Sequence record: MZ501074
Source: Escherichia phage HildyBeyeler
Reading direction: 5' to 3' (one strand)
DNA length: 64,000 nucleotides
The position numbers were made by a program, and so were the translations under genes. The notes beneath the pieces were generated by a model. The model worked only from the letters and a program-made list of their open reading frames with translations, ran no database searches and was not told where the DNA came from. Of this stretch, positions 27,156-35,446 are shown in pieces; position 1 is the stretch's first letter, and each line of letters starts with the position of its first letter.

Positions 27156-27276
27156 ATTCTAGCGTGGTTGATGGGGAAACCAGCTTGGCTAGGGCAGAAG
27201 CTCGTTCGATTCGAGTGAAAGAATGGTTCTCGTAAGTCCGCACAAGTGATAACAGGTTCGAGTCCTGTCTAGAATG
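27156..27276 (+). ncRNA. 121-nt tRNA-like structured RNA candidate
   Basis: Perfect 7-bp terminal pairing ATTCTAG/CTAGAAT, T-arm ACAGG-TTCGAGT-CCTGT, internal TTCGATT loop. Confidence 0.35.
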
Positions 27277-27425
27277 ACACTATAAAGTTTACTTATTATG
27301 TAGGTTCCGATAGACCGGCGGGTCTATTCTGGCATTTAAGAGAGGTCTCGCAAACTTCTTTGTCAGCCGTGGGGTTGATAGCCCCCAGGTGGCCTACACA
27401 ATAAGTAAATTTATGAAAAATGTAG

Positions 27426-27454
27426 TTGCTATTTAGCTTAATTCTCTGTATAAT
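27426..27454 (+). promoter_or_regulatory. sigma70-type promoter
   Basis: TTGCTA-17-TATAAT. Confidence 0.6.
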
Positions 27455-27486
27455 ATATTCTATAAAGTGAAGAGAAGGAAAGCAAA

Positions 27487-28062
27487 ATGGAAGGATTTAA
27501 ACCAATACCCGAGTATCCAGAATACTTAGTATCTGAGAAGGGAGAAATATACTCCACTATCAGTAATAAATATTTAAAACCTACCATAAACGGGAGCGGC
27601 TATTACCACTTTGCAGTACGTGAAGATACTAATGAGTATAGATGGCTTCTGCTGCACAGAGTTATATGCAGGGTTTATGGTAATCTCCCCTCTTTAGATA
27701 GTGAAATGGAAGTAGATCATAATGATTGTAATAGGCTTAATATACTCCCTAGTAATTTAGTTGCCAGAGAGAAGAAAGATCATTACGATAAAACTACACT
27801 GGAGAGAGGAAAAACTATAGGGGGCACTAGATGTATAGTCTGTAATAAGAGGATACACTCTGGTCGAGAATACTGCATAAATTGCAGTCCAGTTAAACAG
27901 ACTAAATCCCCAGAGATTACCGCAGAACAGATAGAATATTGGGTATCAAAGTATTCCTGGACTAGAGCTGCAAAAGAGTTAAATTTATCTGATAATGGTC
28001 TACGAAAACGGTATACTAAATTAACAGGTAAATCCCCAAAAGAAATTAAAAAATCAGGGTAA
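27487..28062 (+). CDS. HNH endonuclease inside tRNA cluster
   Basis: EVDHNDCNRLN...N HNH motif plus C-terminal Cys cluster; 3-prime end overlaps tRNA-Pro. Confidence 0.6.
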   Translation: MEGFKPIPEYPEYLVSEKGEIYSTISNKYLKPTINGSGYYHFAVREDTNEYRWLLLHRVICRVYGNLPSLDSEMEVDHNDCNRLNILPSNLVAREKKDHYDKTTLERGKTIGGTRCIVCNKRIHSGREYCINCSPVKQTKSPEITAEQIEYWVSKYSWTRAAKELNLSDNGLRKRYTKLTGKSPKEIKKSG

Positions 28063-28132
28063 GGGCGATAAGGTACGCCACCTCGTTTGGGGCGAGGAAA
28101 TCTTTAGAGTTCGAATCTCTATACCCTGACCA
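28055..28132 (+). tRNA. tRNA-Pro (anticodon TGG)
   Basis: D-stem GGCG/CGCC, stem CCTCG/CGAGG, loop TTTGGGG, CCA. Confidence 0.65.
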
Positions 28133-28138
28133 AACAAT

Positions 28139-28214
28139 TGCGGGTGGGAGGCATAGAGTTCTTCTTAGTCTCATAAGCTAAGTAAGTCCAGGGCAGTACT
28201 GGAACCCGCTACCA
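28139..28214 (+). tRNA. tRNA with CAT anticodon, atypical (1-72 mismatch, non-standard T-loop)
   Basis: Loop CTCATAA; T-arm TCCAG-GGCAGTA-CTGGA; CCA encoded. Confidence 0.4.
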
Positions 28215-28232
28215 ATTTCAAGAAAAACGCAG

Positions 28233-28261
28233 TTGCTTAATGCTTAATTTCTTGTTATAAT
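28233..28261 (+). promoter_or_regulatory. sigma70-type promoter
   Basis: TTGCTT-17-TATAAT; no ORF for 330 bp downstream. Confidence 0.6.
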
Positions 28262-28264
28262 ATT

Positions 28265-28597
28265 TATATAAATTGATGCGAAAATAGCTGCCTAGATACC
28301 AGGTGTATGACGTCTACACTAGCAGAGCTACCGAAAAAGAGATCCCCAGGATAAACGTCGTAGCAAAATTAGTCTGGTATCCATCAATTTAGTTCACTAA
28401 GGTATTAGCTCGACCTAGGACTGGCTGCCAAAAAGCACGATCCCTACGATTCGGGAGAAGTTCTAGATTAGTCCACTAGATTCAGCGGCAACTGAATAGT
28501 GTATTGGGTTTGCGAGATGACGCAGTTCCTTCCGCTCGAAGCGAAGGTGCTGTAGTTACGCCGAGCTAATAGCCTTAGTAAACTAGAAGGAATATCT
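28265..28597 (+). ncRNA. candidate promoter-driven non-coding RNA region
   Basis: ORF-free (longest ORF 15 codons), several imperfect hairpins, no tRNA T-loop. Confidence 0.35.
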
Positions 28598-28861
28598 ATG
28601 TTTGATCTGAAAGATATGGCTAAAAAGTTAATGTCGCAACGCTATCAACAAAGAACACTCCATAAACGAGTTTCCGATATGAAAAAACGTTGCAATAATG
28701 CTAAATATTATAATAGTCTTAATAAACTATCTGATGCAGATCTTGTTAAAACTGAAGCAATATATAATCACTTAGCAGTAGAGTATGATATAGTGAATAA
28801 AGATATTGCTAGGCTAGAAGCTCAGATTGTAGCAACTGTACTTGACATGTACAGGGAATAA
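28598..28861 (+). CDS. hypothetical protein
   Basis: ORF track; GAAGGAA RBS. Confidence 0.45.
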   Translation: MFDLKDMAKKLMSQRYQQRTLHKRVSDMKKRCNNAKYYNSLNKLSDADLVKTEAIYNHLAVEYDIVNKDIARLEAQIVATVLDMYRE

Positions 28862-28872
28862 ATAAAGAATTT

Positions 28873-28951
28873 GGGGGATGGGTCTGCTGGGAGTGGACAC
28901 CTCGCTTGCACCGAGGACATCAGAACGATTCGAATTCGTTATCCTCCACCA
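28873..28951 (+). tRNA. tRNA-Ala (anticodon TGC)
   Basis: GGGGGAT/ATCCTCC acceptor, stem CCTCG/CGAGG, loop CTTGCAC, CCA. Confidence 0.65.
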
Positions 28952-28956
28952 AATAC

Positions 28957-29033
28957 GCGTGATTGATGGAATTGGCATACATACCGTCCTTAGAAGTCGG
29001 GTTTTGAGGGTTCGAATCCCTTGTCACGCACCA
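28957..29033 (+). tRNA. tRNA, anticodon read as TAG (Leu-like) but class I architecture
   Basis: GCGTGAT/GTCACGC acceptor, loop CTTAGAA, T-arm GAGGG-TTCGAAT-CCCTT, CCA. Confidence 0.45.
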
Positions 29034-29157
29034 AATTTGATGGTCAGAGTAAATTAAACCTACTATCTCGGTTGAGCTGTTTTAATGGGTTCGAATCCCA
29101 GCGAGGCGTAACTGCCTGGTGTGATAGAGGCATCATTCCACTAATATTGGAAAACTA

Positions 29158-29388
29158 ATGAAACGAAAATTAAAAAAATCTTATATAATTAAGATAAATA
29201 AGCTAAGAAGTAGGGCAAAAGGATGGCCACTTCGGATATTAATTGCGGATAACCATATTAGATACCATGCGGAACAACGTCATTATAAACAGTGGGAGTC
29301 ATACTGCCGCTCAAAAGCAGGTCGTTTAGATGGATCTTATGAGTTTCTATTTGGTAAGAAGCCTACTAGAGTAGCTTTAGGTAATTAA
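29158..29388 (+). CDS. hypothetical basic protein
   Basis: ORF track. Confidence 0.4.
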   Translation: MKRKLKKSYIIKINKLRSRAKGWPLRILIADNHIRYHAEQRHYKQWESYCRSKAGRLDGSYEFLFGKKPTRVALGN

Positions 29389-29393
29389 TACTT

Positions 29394-29484
29394 GGAAGAG
29401 CAAATCGAATTGGCGACGAAAACCGCTTGGAAAGTGGCTGACCGGTAAAACGGCTTGAGAGTTCAAATCTCTCCTCTTCCGCCA
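29394..29484 (+). tRNA. tRNA-Ser (anticodon GGA), class II
   Basis: Perfect GGAAGAG/CTCTTCC acceptor, loop TTGGAAA, long variable arm, CCA. Confidence 0.65.
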
Positions 29485-29496
29485 AACAATTTATAT

Positions 29497-29591
29497 GGTA
29501 GGTCAATCCAACGGCTGGCGCTGGACTCCGACTTGAAATCGGTTGATCGTAGTGATACGGTGTAAGGGTTCGATCCCCTTACCTACCTCCA
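29497..29591 (+). tRNA. tRNA-Ser (anticodon TGA), class II
   Basis: Perfect GGTAGGT/ACCTACC acceptor, loop CTTGAAA, long variable arm, CCA. Confidence 0.65.
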
Positions 29592-29957
29592 AATCTTGAA
29601 GTATGCCGGAATCGGTAGACGGGGCTGCCTAAAAGGTTTATAGGGAACATCCACTCCCTGCAACATACCTCATAAAGCGGCTGAGATAAATGGTCTATCT
29701 CGTGAAGGTTCAAGTCCTTCTGCTTCTTGATACATCTATGGCTCAAAGTGTAACGGTGCTATTTGATGCTCTTGGTAAGACTTCCCCGACATGCGTTCGG
29801 GAGTAAGCTGCTAAGACTAGAGTAGAAGAGTTTCTGAGAGCCGCCACAATTGAAAATTCGTACTCGTCTTGAGCTGCGTGCAATAGGAGATAACTTGATT
29901 AGTATTCTAGAACATGCTAATTGAGGATGGTTTCGCTAACCCTGCGAGTTTTCAATT

Positions 29958-30034
29958 GTGGCTATATCATAATTGGTTAATGATCCTGATTGTGAATCAG
30001 GCCTATGTGGATTCGAATTCCACTAGCCACCCCA
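29958..30034 (+). tRNA. tRNA-His (anticodon GTG)
   Basis: Perfect GTGGCTA/TAGCCAC acceptor, stem CCTGA/TCAGG, loop TTGTGAA, CCA. Confidence 0.7.
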
Positions 30035-30059
30035 AATTAACTTAAATAGGAAATAAAAT

Positions 30060-30257
30060 ATGGCTGATTTCTGCAAACAATGCTCCATTGATATGTGGGG
30101 CAGAGATACTGGTGATCTTTCTGGTTTGATTACAGAAGCCGAAGTCAAAGAAGGTTATGGTGCAGTTGTGGTTTGCGAAGGATGCGGAGTTATTCGAGTA
30201 GATCATGAAGGCAAACGTTTAGAAGAACCGGAAAATTTAGGAGAAACAAATGAGTAA
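30060..30257 (+). CDS. hypothetical small zinc-ribbon protein
   Basis: CxxC...CxxC spacing; GGAAA RBS. Confidence 0.4.
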   Translation: MADFCKQCSIDMWGRDTGDLSGLITEAEVKEGYGAVVVCEGCGVIRVDHEGKRLEEPENLGETNE

Positions 30258-30486
30258 TGCTTTAATTAGTGAAATTATGTTAACACGTCTTGCAGAACTG
30301 CAAACTCTTCGAGATGAATCTCAGAATAACTTATCCTACCATAAACAGATGGTAGATACTCTTACTACTCGTATTGAAACTTACGAGCGTGATATTGCAG
30401 CATTACAAGCTCTTTTCTCCGTATCAGCACCAGATACGTTAGAACAGCCTGCTGTATCTCAGCCAGTAGAGACAGCATCTAGTTAA
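30250..30486 (+). CDS. hypothetical protein
   Basis: ORF track; translationally coupled to upstream ORF. Confidence 0.4.
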   Translation: MSNALISEIMLTRLAELQTLRDESQNNLSYHKQMVDTLTTRIETYERDIAALQALFSVSAPDTLEQPAVSQPVETASS

Positions 30487-30495
30487 TAGCATTTT

Positions 30496-30571
30496 TGGAG
30501 TGTAGATCAATTGGCAGATCGTCGGCCTCTGACTCCGAAGGTTCCTGGTTCGATCCCAGGCACTCCAGCCA
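30496..30571 (+). tRNA. tRNA-Gln (anticodon CTG)
   Basis: TGGAGTG/CACTCCA acceptor, D-stem GATC/GATC, loop CTCTGAC, CCA. Confidence 0.6.
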
Positions 30572-30577
30572 AATAAT

Positions 30578-30653
30578 TGGAGAGTAGTGTAACGGTTAGC
30601 ACAACGGCCTTTGACTCCGTTAATGGTAGGTTCGATTCCTCCTTCTCCAGCCA
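30578..30653 (+). tRNA. tRNA-Gln (anticodon TTG)
   Basis: TGGAGAG/TTCTCCA acceptor, loop CTTTGAC, T-loop TTCGATT, CCA. Confidence 0.6.
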
Positions 30654-30660
30654 AAATAAT

Positions 30661-30735
30661 GCGTGATTAGTTCAGTGGCTAGAACAACTGGCTTCCAACC
30701 AGTAGACACGAGTTCGACTCTCGTATCCCGCACCA
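30661..30735 (+). tRNA. tRNA-Gly (anticodon TCC)
   Basis: D-arm GTTC-AGTGGCTA-GAAC, stem ACTGG/CCAGT, loop CTTCCAA, CCA. Confidence 0.7.
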
Positions 30736-30749
30736 AATAAGGAATCTCT

Positions 30750-31001
30750 ATGCACGTTTTTGAGTTTCGTAATAAAAGTACCAATAAACGAGTTATTGTT
30801 ATTGGGGAAACATATCGAGCATATGAACAAACTGACGGCTCTGTTATCTTGAATGATGAGAAAGGGGGTTTTAGCTTTTATCCAGAAGAACCTTATGAAG
30901 AGTTTCGAAAACAATTTAACCTAGACTGGAGAAAGCATTTAAACACTGTTGCTTCATCTGTAGTACTGCCAACTACCAGTACTGTACTATCTAATGGCTG
31001 A
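30750..31001 (+). CDS. hypothetical protein
   Basis: ORF track; AAGGAA RBS. Confidence 0.4.
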   Translation: MHVFEFRNKSTNKRVIVIGETYRAYEQTDGSVILNDEKGGFSFYPEEPYEEFRKQFNLDWRKHLNTVASSVVLPTTSTVLSNG

Positions 31002-31158
31002 TAACCTAAAAGTCAAGATCGACAAACAAAAGAAACGTGTAGAAGTAGAGATTGGTGAAGAACGTGTAGCCTTCACCTTTGAATTTCTACAACAAATGGC
31101 AATGACAGTTATGACTGATAAGTCTCCTGTTATTGAAAAAGAAATCCCGTTGAAATAA
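30994..31158 (+). CDS. hypothetical small protein (54 aa)
   Basis: Not in ORF track; ATG overlaps upstream stop (ATGGCTGA); followed by hairpin. Confidence 0.3.
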   Translation: MADNLKVKIDKQKKRVEVEIGEERVAFTFEFLQQMAMTVMTDKSPVIEKEIPLK

Positions 31159-31166
31159 CGGGTTCT

Positions 31167-31253
31167 GCTGGGTTGGCAGAATGGTTGAATGCACCTGATT
31201 TGTAATCAGGAGGAGTAATCCCGTTGCAGGTTCGAATCCTGTGCCCAGCACCA
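31167..31253 (+). tRNA. tRNA with 15-nt variable region, anticodon loop reads TGT (identity uncertain)
   Basis: GCTGGGT/GCCCAGC acceptor, perfect stem CCTGA/TCAGG, loop TTTGTAA, CCA. Confidence 0.5.
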
Positions 31254-31267
31254 ATTTAAGGACTATT

Positions 31268-31435
31268 ATGTTTAAACTGTTAGTAGTTATCTGGTATAGT
31301 CAATCAAATAGAGCGAATACCTCCCACGTTATAGACTTTACTACTAAAAATGAAGCTGAAAAAGCATATGCTAATTTAATAGAACGCAATAAAGAATCTC
31401 GTAGTATAGTTTATGAAGTGACTAAACTTTATTAA
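31268..31435 (+). CDS. hypothetical small protein
   Basis: ATG 31268 after tRNA; AAGGAC RBS. Confidence 0.35.
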   Translation: MFKLLVVIWYSQSNRANTSHVIDFTTKNEAEKAYANLIERNKESRSIVYEVTKLY

Positions 31436-31443
31436 AAATTCAT

Positions 31444-31472
31444 TTGCTTTCCCTCTTATTTATTGTTATAAT
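31444..31472 (+). promoter_or_regulatory. sigma70-type promoter
   Basis: TTGCTT-17-TATAAT. Confidence 0.6.
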
Positions 31473-31502
31473 ATTTATATAAATTAATGAGAGGGAAACC
31501 AA

Positions 31503-31793
31503 ATGAAACGTTATCTTTCTGTTATGTTCCAAACCGGCGGCCAAAGATACACCTATGAATTTCCACCTTCCTGGAAAATCAGGGAAGGTGATCAAATAGT
31601 TGTGTTGACACCGCGTGAAGAATATAAAGTAGTGACGGTTAAACAAGTATTTCCAAAAGATCATGAACCAGCTATAGGCATCCGATATAAGATGATTCAT
31701 GGCGTGGTTCGTCAAGTACCACGAACTGAGGTAGAAGTAGATAATACTGGAGAAACTAAATTCCATTATACTTCTTACTTAGACAGTGTGTGA
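31503..31793 (+). CDS. hypothetical protein
   Basis: ORF track; GAGAGGGAAA RBS. Confidence 0.45.
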   Translation: MKRYLSVMFQTGGQRYTYEFPPSWKIREGDQIVVLTPREEYKVVTVKQVFPKDHEPAIGIRYKMIHGVVRQVPRTEVEVDNTGETKFHYTSYLDSV

Positions 31794-31807
31794 TGTAAAT
31801 ATTTTAA

Positions 31808-31884
31808 TGCTTCGGTAGCTTAGCGATCTAAAGCACTCGGCTGATAACCGAGAGATCAGGGGTTTAAATCCCTCCCGGAGTACC
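31808..31884 (+). tRNA. tRNA-Ile (anticodon GAT)
   Basis: D-stem GCTT/AAGC, perfect stem CTCGG/CCGAG, loop CTGATAA, CCA. Confidence 0.65.
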
Positions 31885-31981
31885 AAATCTAGGAATTAAG
31901 ACTATGCGTCCAGGAAAGTTTAAAAAAGCTAGTTGGTCTAAAGAGTACAAAGAATACTTACTTAGCCTAGTAAAACGTAAT

Positions 31982-32057
31982 AGTTAGTTGGCAGAGTGGT
32001 TATGCGCCTCCTTCATACGGAGCGACTACAGTGGTTCAAATCCACTACTAACTACCA
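31982..32057 (+). tRNA. tRNA with CAT anticodon (Met or Ile2)
   Basis: Perfect AGTTAGT/ACTAACT acceptor, loop TTCATAC, T-arm AGTGG-TTCAAAT-CCACT, CCA. Confidence 0.6.
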
Positions 32058-32070
32058 AACAGGAGATCTA

Positions 32071-32439
32071 ATGAAAGCGTATCAAAATCTTAAATCTGGC
32101 GTAATTAATATTGTTCATAATAATCAGATTATTCAACTGTACTCTAAAGATGGTGAACTTAAACAAAAGGTTCTAGTTGAAGATCTAGATGGTATCACAC
32201 CTCATTTTGACCCAGAATCCTTTCGTGAAGTCAAAGTGGAAGTCGCCCCTCAAATTGAAGGTGGTCAACACCTAAATGTCAATGTGTTAAGTCGTGATCA
32301 GCTTTTGGATGCGCAGAAACATCCTGAAAAATACCCTCAATTAACTATCCGTGTTTCAGGGTACGCTGTGCGTTTTAACGCACTGACGCGTGAACAGCAG
32401 AACGACGTTATTAGTCGTACATTTACTCAGGCGATGTAA
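32071..32439 (+). CDS. grcA: autonomous glycyl-radical cofactor (GrcA/YfiD-like)
   Basis: C-terminus [11 protein letters not shown]...[20 protein letters not shown] matches the PFL/YfiD glycyl-radical signature; ATG 32071 after AGGAG. Confidence 0.8.
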   Translation: MKAYQNLKSGVINIVHNNQIIQLYSKDGELKQKVLVEDLDGITPHFDPESFREVKVEVAPQIEGGQHLNVNVLSRDQLLDAQKHPEKYPQLTIRVSGYAVRFNALTREQQNDVISRTFTQAM

Positions 32440-32520
32440 TGGGGCTTGGATACGGTTTCTACGAACTACGTAAGGTAGTCGAGCAAACTCCATTTATCTC
32501 CCAAGTTTTAGGAGAAATGT

Positions 32521-32835
32521 GTGGATCGAGCATTAAGACGTCATCACCGGCAACGTGTAAAGAACAACCGCAAGAAGTATTGGACAGTCTTCCCACATGA
32601 AGAAAGCCCTAAACGGTTAGGTATTATCACTACTACTCCTTGTATCTGTTCTTGTTGGATGTGCGGGAACCCTCGCAAACACTTTAAGAATAGTAAAGCA
32701 GGGATGAAAACCTCGGAGATTAGGAAAATGGAAGCAATGATTACGGATATTTCAAATGATGAATTTGATGGCTTCGTAGGATTCGGGGAAGATATTAGCT
32801 CGGACTGTTTCGAAGATGAGCTCCCAGGTCTATGA
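32521..32835 (+). CDS. hypothetical protein
   Basis: ORF track (GTG start after AGGAG). Confidence 0.4.
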   Translation: MDRALRRHHRQRVKNNRKKYWTVFPHEESPKRLGIITTTPCICSCWMCGNPRKHFKNSKAGMKTSEIRKMEAMITDISNDEFDGFVGFGEDISSDCFEDELPGL

Positions 32836-32843
32836 TTAATAAC

Positions 32844-32881
32844 AAACCCCAGCTATTGAATAAGTAGTCTGGGGTTTTTCT
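32844..32881 (+). terminator. rho-independent terminator
   Basis: AAACCCCAG...CTGGGGTTT stem followed by TTCTG. Confidence 0.6.
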
Positions 32882-32956
32882 GTATACAGGTAGATAATTT
32901 ATGTATAATAAAATTCATCCACATTAGGTTAATTCAAAAGACTTAATGGAGGTAAT

Positions 32957-33304
32957 ATGAGCCGTACTTATCGTAGACAAACTGGTGATCAGTGGTGGAA
33001 GTCTAAAGCTAATTACACCCAGGGATATACTTTCCTCAAAGCAAGTGACTACTACATTCGTGTTACTTATGCTAAATCCTGGGATGAGGTAGAACAGGAA
33101 ATGGAAGAAGCAACCATTCGTAATGAGAAAAAGGATGGTTATAGCTGGAATTCTGTTAGTAAGAATGTTAAGTGGCATTCTAATAAAATGGTTCGTCAAG
33201 GAAATCGTCAAGAACTCCACCGCGTGATGAAAGACCCAGAAAATTACGACTATAATCGCGATCATGACATGCGTAAGCGTGGGTTACGGTGGTGCTATGA
33301 CTAA
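32957..33304 (+). CDS. hypothetical protein
   Basis: ORF track; GGAGG RBS. Confidence 0.45.
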   Translation: MSRTYRRQTGDQWWKSKANYTQGYTFLKASDYYIRVTYAKSWDEVEQEMEEATIRNEKKDGYSWNSVSKNVKWHSNKMVRQGNRQELHRVMKDPENYDYNRDHDMRKRGLRWCYD

Positions 33305-33321
33305 ATTCTGAAATAATTCAT

Positions 33322-33350
33322 TTGCTAAACCTCTCTTTTCTTGCTATAAT
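33322..33350 (+). promoter_or_regulatory. sigma70-type promoter
   Basis: TTGCTA-17-TATAAT. Confidence 0.6.
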
Positions 33351-33380
33351 ATATTTATAAATTGATGAGAGAGGTTTGAA

Positions 33381-33662
33381 ATGAAAACTCGTCTAGACTG
33401 TGCTGTTCATGTTCTTGAACATGATGTTGTGGGAACCTGTATGTCTTATCACGAAGCAGGTCGTTTAATTAAAGAACGTGTGGCAGATGTATGTGGGTTG
33501 AAGATTACTGCTGAGGAAGCTGATGATCTTCTAGACCAGGCACTGGGGAAAACAGAAATATTCCTCTGCGATTCCTGCTCCTGGTGGTGTGAAGCTCACG
33601 AACATTCCTTCAACGATTATGATGTATGCCGTGACTGTAATGAGGGGGACCATGATGAATAA
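33381..33662 (+). CDS. hypothetical Cys-rich protein
   Basis: ORF track; C-terminal CDSCSWWC...CRDC cluster. Confidence 0.45.
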   Translation: MKTRLDCAVHVLEHDVVGTCMSYHEAGRLIKERVADVCGLKITAEEADDLLDQALGKTEIFLCDSCSWWCEAHEHSFNDYDVCRDCNEGDHDE

Positions 33663-33954
33663 GTTTATTGTTGCACTGATGGTTTCAGCAGTTAGTTTCG
33701 GTTCTCTAGCATCTACCAAAGTTTTTATGAAAAACGGTAATGTTAGGGTACAACAGAATGGTATTATTACCGAGTATGGTAAAGTGCGTGATATTAAAGA
33801 ACGTAATGGCAAAGTAGAAATATATACTAATAAAAACTTCTCTACTCCAGCCGTTACTGTTAGCAAACGCGGTGAAATAACCACTCAACGTACTAATAGC
33901 TCTAGTTCTTTTACTTGTCGTTATGATTGCGACTTTGAAGGTGAAGATGAATAA
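33652..33954 (+). CDS. hypothetical secreted protein
   Basis: Start moved to ATG 33652 (MMNKFIVALMVSAVSFGSLAS signal peptide). Confidence 0.45.
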   Translation: MMNKFIVALMVSAVSFGSLASTKVFMKNGNVRVQQNGIITEYGKVRDIKERNGKVEIYTNKNFSTPAVTVSKRGEITTQRTNSSSSFTCRYDCDFEGEDE

Positions 33955-34297
33955 TTTAGATCCTAGAATTAAATTTGCAATTACAGAAATCCAAGATCAA
34001 ATTGATGAAGACTTCACTGTTTGGTCAAGGTCCGGTAACGGGGAATACTGCCAGCTTTATAGCATGAAAATGGGTATCTCAATTGAGCTTAATATCAACT
34101 CTGAAGGTAGAGTAGAAGCCCAACCCATGTTCAGTGTTCCAGGCTTCTCTGGATTTGTTGCAGGTATGAAATTGTGTCTACCAAATAACCATCTTCATCG
34201 AGTTATTTGTCAACTAGAGACTATTAAACACTTCTTGCCAGAAGGTAATATTAATGACTACTACCATGAAGTTGTAGCAGCTCATATGATGAAATAA
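33947..34297 (+). CDS. hypothetical protein
   Basis: In-frame ATG 33947 after GGTGA RBS; track ORF 33923-34297. Confidence 0.4.
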   Translation: MNNLDPRIKFAITEIQDQIDEDFTVWSRSGNGEYCQLYSMKMGISIELNINSEGRVEAQPMFSVPGFSGFVAGMKLCLPNNHLHRVICQLETIKHFLPEGNINDYYHEVVAAHMMK

Positions 34298-34319
34298 TGC
34301 AAACGTCGGAGAGAAGAAC

Positions 34320-34616
34320 GTGAAAAGACTAAACATCAACAGCACAGTGCAGATTCCAGCAACTAAGGATATTTTAACCTTCCTACGGAGTGAAAACGCT
34401 CAGTTTTGGCATGATCATGTTGTAAAGAACGGTAGTACTCCAGATGTAGTTGCCTTTGCTAAAAAACGTATCGAGGAGTACAAAGATCCAGAGATTAAAG
34501 ATGGTATGATTACTATGCAGTTGTGGGTAGCTATGCAAACCTTTGGCCCCACCATGTGTTTAGGAAATACTCCATTATTTACAAATATTTTAATTAATGA
34601 AAAGGATTTGAAATGA
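34320..34616 (+). CDS. hypothetical protein
   Basis: ORF track. Confidence 0.45.
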   Translation: MKRLNINSTVQIPATKDILTFLRSENAQFWHDHVVKNGSTPDVVAFAKKRIEEYKDPEIKDGMITMQLWVAMQTFGPTMCLGNTPLFTNILINEKDLK

Positions 34617-34897
34617 TTGTTTCTCCATTTGCTCTTTGGTTCGTCATTGGGTCTATAGTTGCTATTTATAGTCTAATAGATGATTTATTCATCTCCAAGA
34701 ATAAAGATGTGTTCTTATATGTTGCACACAAAACACGCCCATCAGACCTAGCACCTCTTGATGATAAAACGCTACTAAGATGTGCTAGAGCTGCAATATT
34801 TATTATGGATATTCTGCTAGGACCAGCATCTGTATTTTTCTATTACCGAAAAACTCGTAATATGAAAAAATTTAAAGCAGAAATGCAGAATAACTAA
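34613..34897 (+). CDS. hypothetical membrane protein
   Basis: ORF track; two hydrophobic segments; ATGA overlap. Confidence 0.45.
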   Translation: MIVSPFALWFVIGSIVAIYSLIDDLFISKNKDVFLYVAHKTRPSDLAPLDDKTLLRCARAAIFIMDILLGPASVFFYYRKTRNMKKFKAEMQNN

Positions 34898-35007
34898 AGA
34901 ACTCGCGTAGGACCGAGTTGCGTCACCTGCAACTGTTACGGATAAGGGAGTCGTGCCCCTTAGTGCGGTAAGTGGTGAGTTGGTCGCTGACCCTAACTGG
35001 AGATGAT

Positions 35008-35352
35008 ATGACTATATTACTAATTCTTGTTACTACCTGGTTTTTAATCGGTGCTGGATATGCAATAGCTATTATTAGACATTTGGATGAACATTCTGCT
35101 GAATGGTTTGTTAAATATCTACGTATAGACAACAAGGATCACGAGTTTAAAGATGAAAAGCAGAAAAAAGCAGTTGAAGAAATGACAGGCGAAGAATGTT
35201 TATTCTATATGCGTGCAATAGGATTCTTAGGATTATTTAGTGCTGGCCCACTAGGTTTTACCATAGCTCCTTATAAAGAAACAGTAGACGATATTAAGTT
35301 ATGGAGAAATGCAGGGGTACTACGCAAAGCTAGAGAAACTAATATTACATAA
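35008..35352 (+). CDS. hypothetical membrane protein
   Basis: ATG 35008 after GGAG; N-terminal TM helix. Confidence 0.45.
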   Translation: MTILLILVTTWFLIGAGYAIAIIRHLDEHSAEWFVKYLRIDNKDHEFKDEKQKKAVEEMTGEECLFYMRAIGFLGLFSAGPLGFTIAPYKETVDDIKLWRNAGVLRKARETNIT

Positions 35353-35446
35353 GATTGACACTAAGTCAGCTTACTAGCAAAAGCAAATAATGACAAAGCC
35401 CAGCCTGCACTTTTGCAACTGGGCTATTTTTATAATAAAATTTTAG

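Noticed and set aside
29034-29110. A further tRNA using the T-arm ATGGG-TTCGAAT-CCCAG
   Set aside because: No 5-prime acceptor strand pairs with the 3-prime end; likely a tRNA fragment or part of a larger structured RNA
29640-29728. A tRNA using the T-arm GAAGG-TTCAAGT-CCTTC
   Set aside because: Only a one-mismatch acceptor pairing (GGGAACA/TGCTTCT) and no foldable anticodon arm by hand; left uncalled pending tRNAscan-SE
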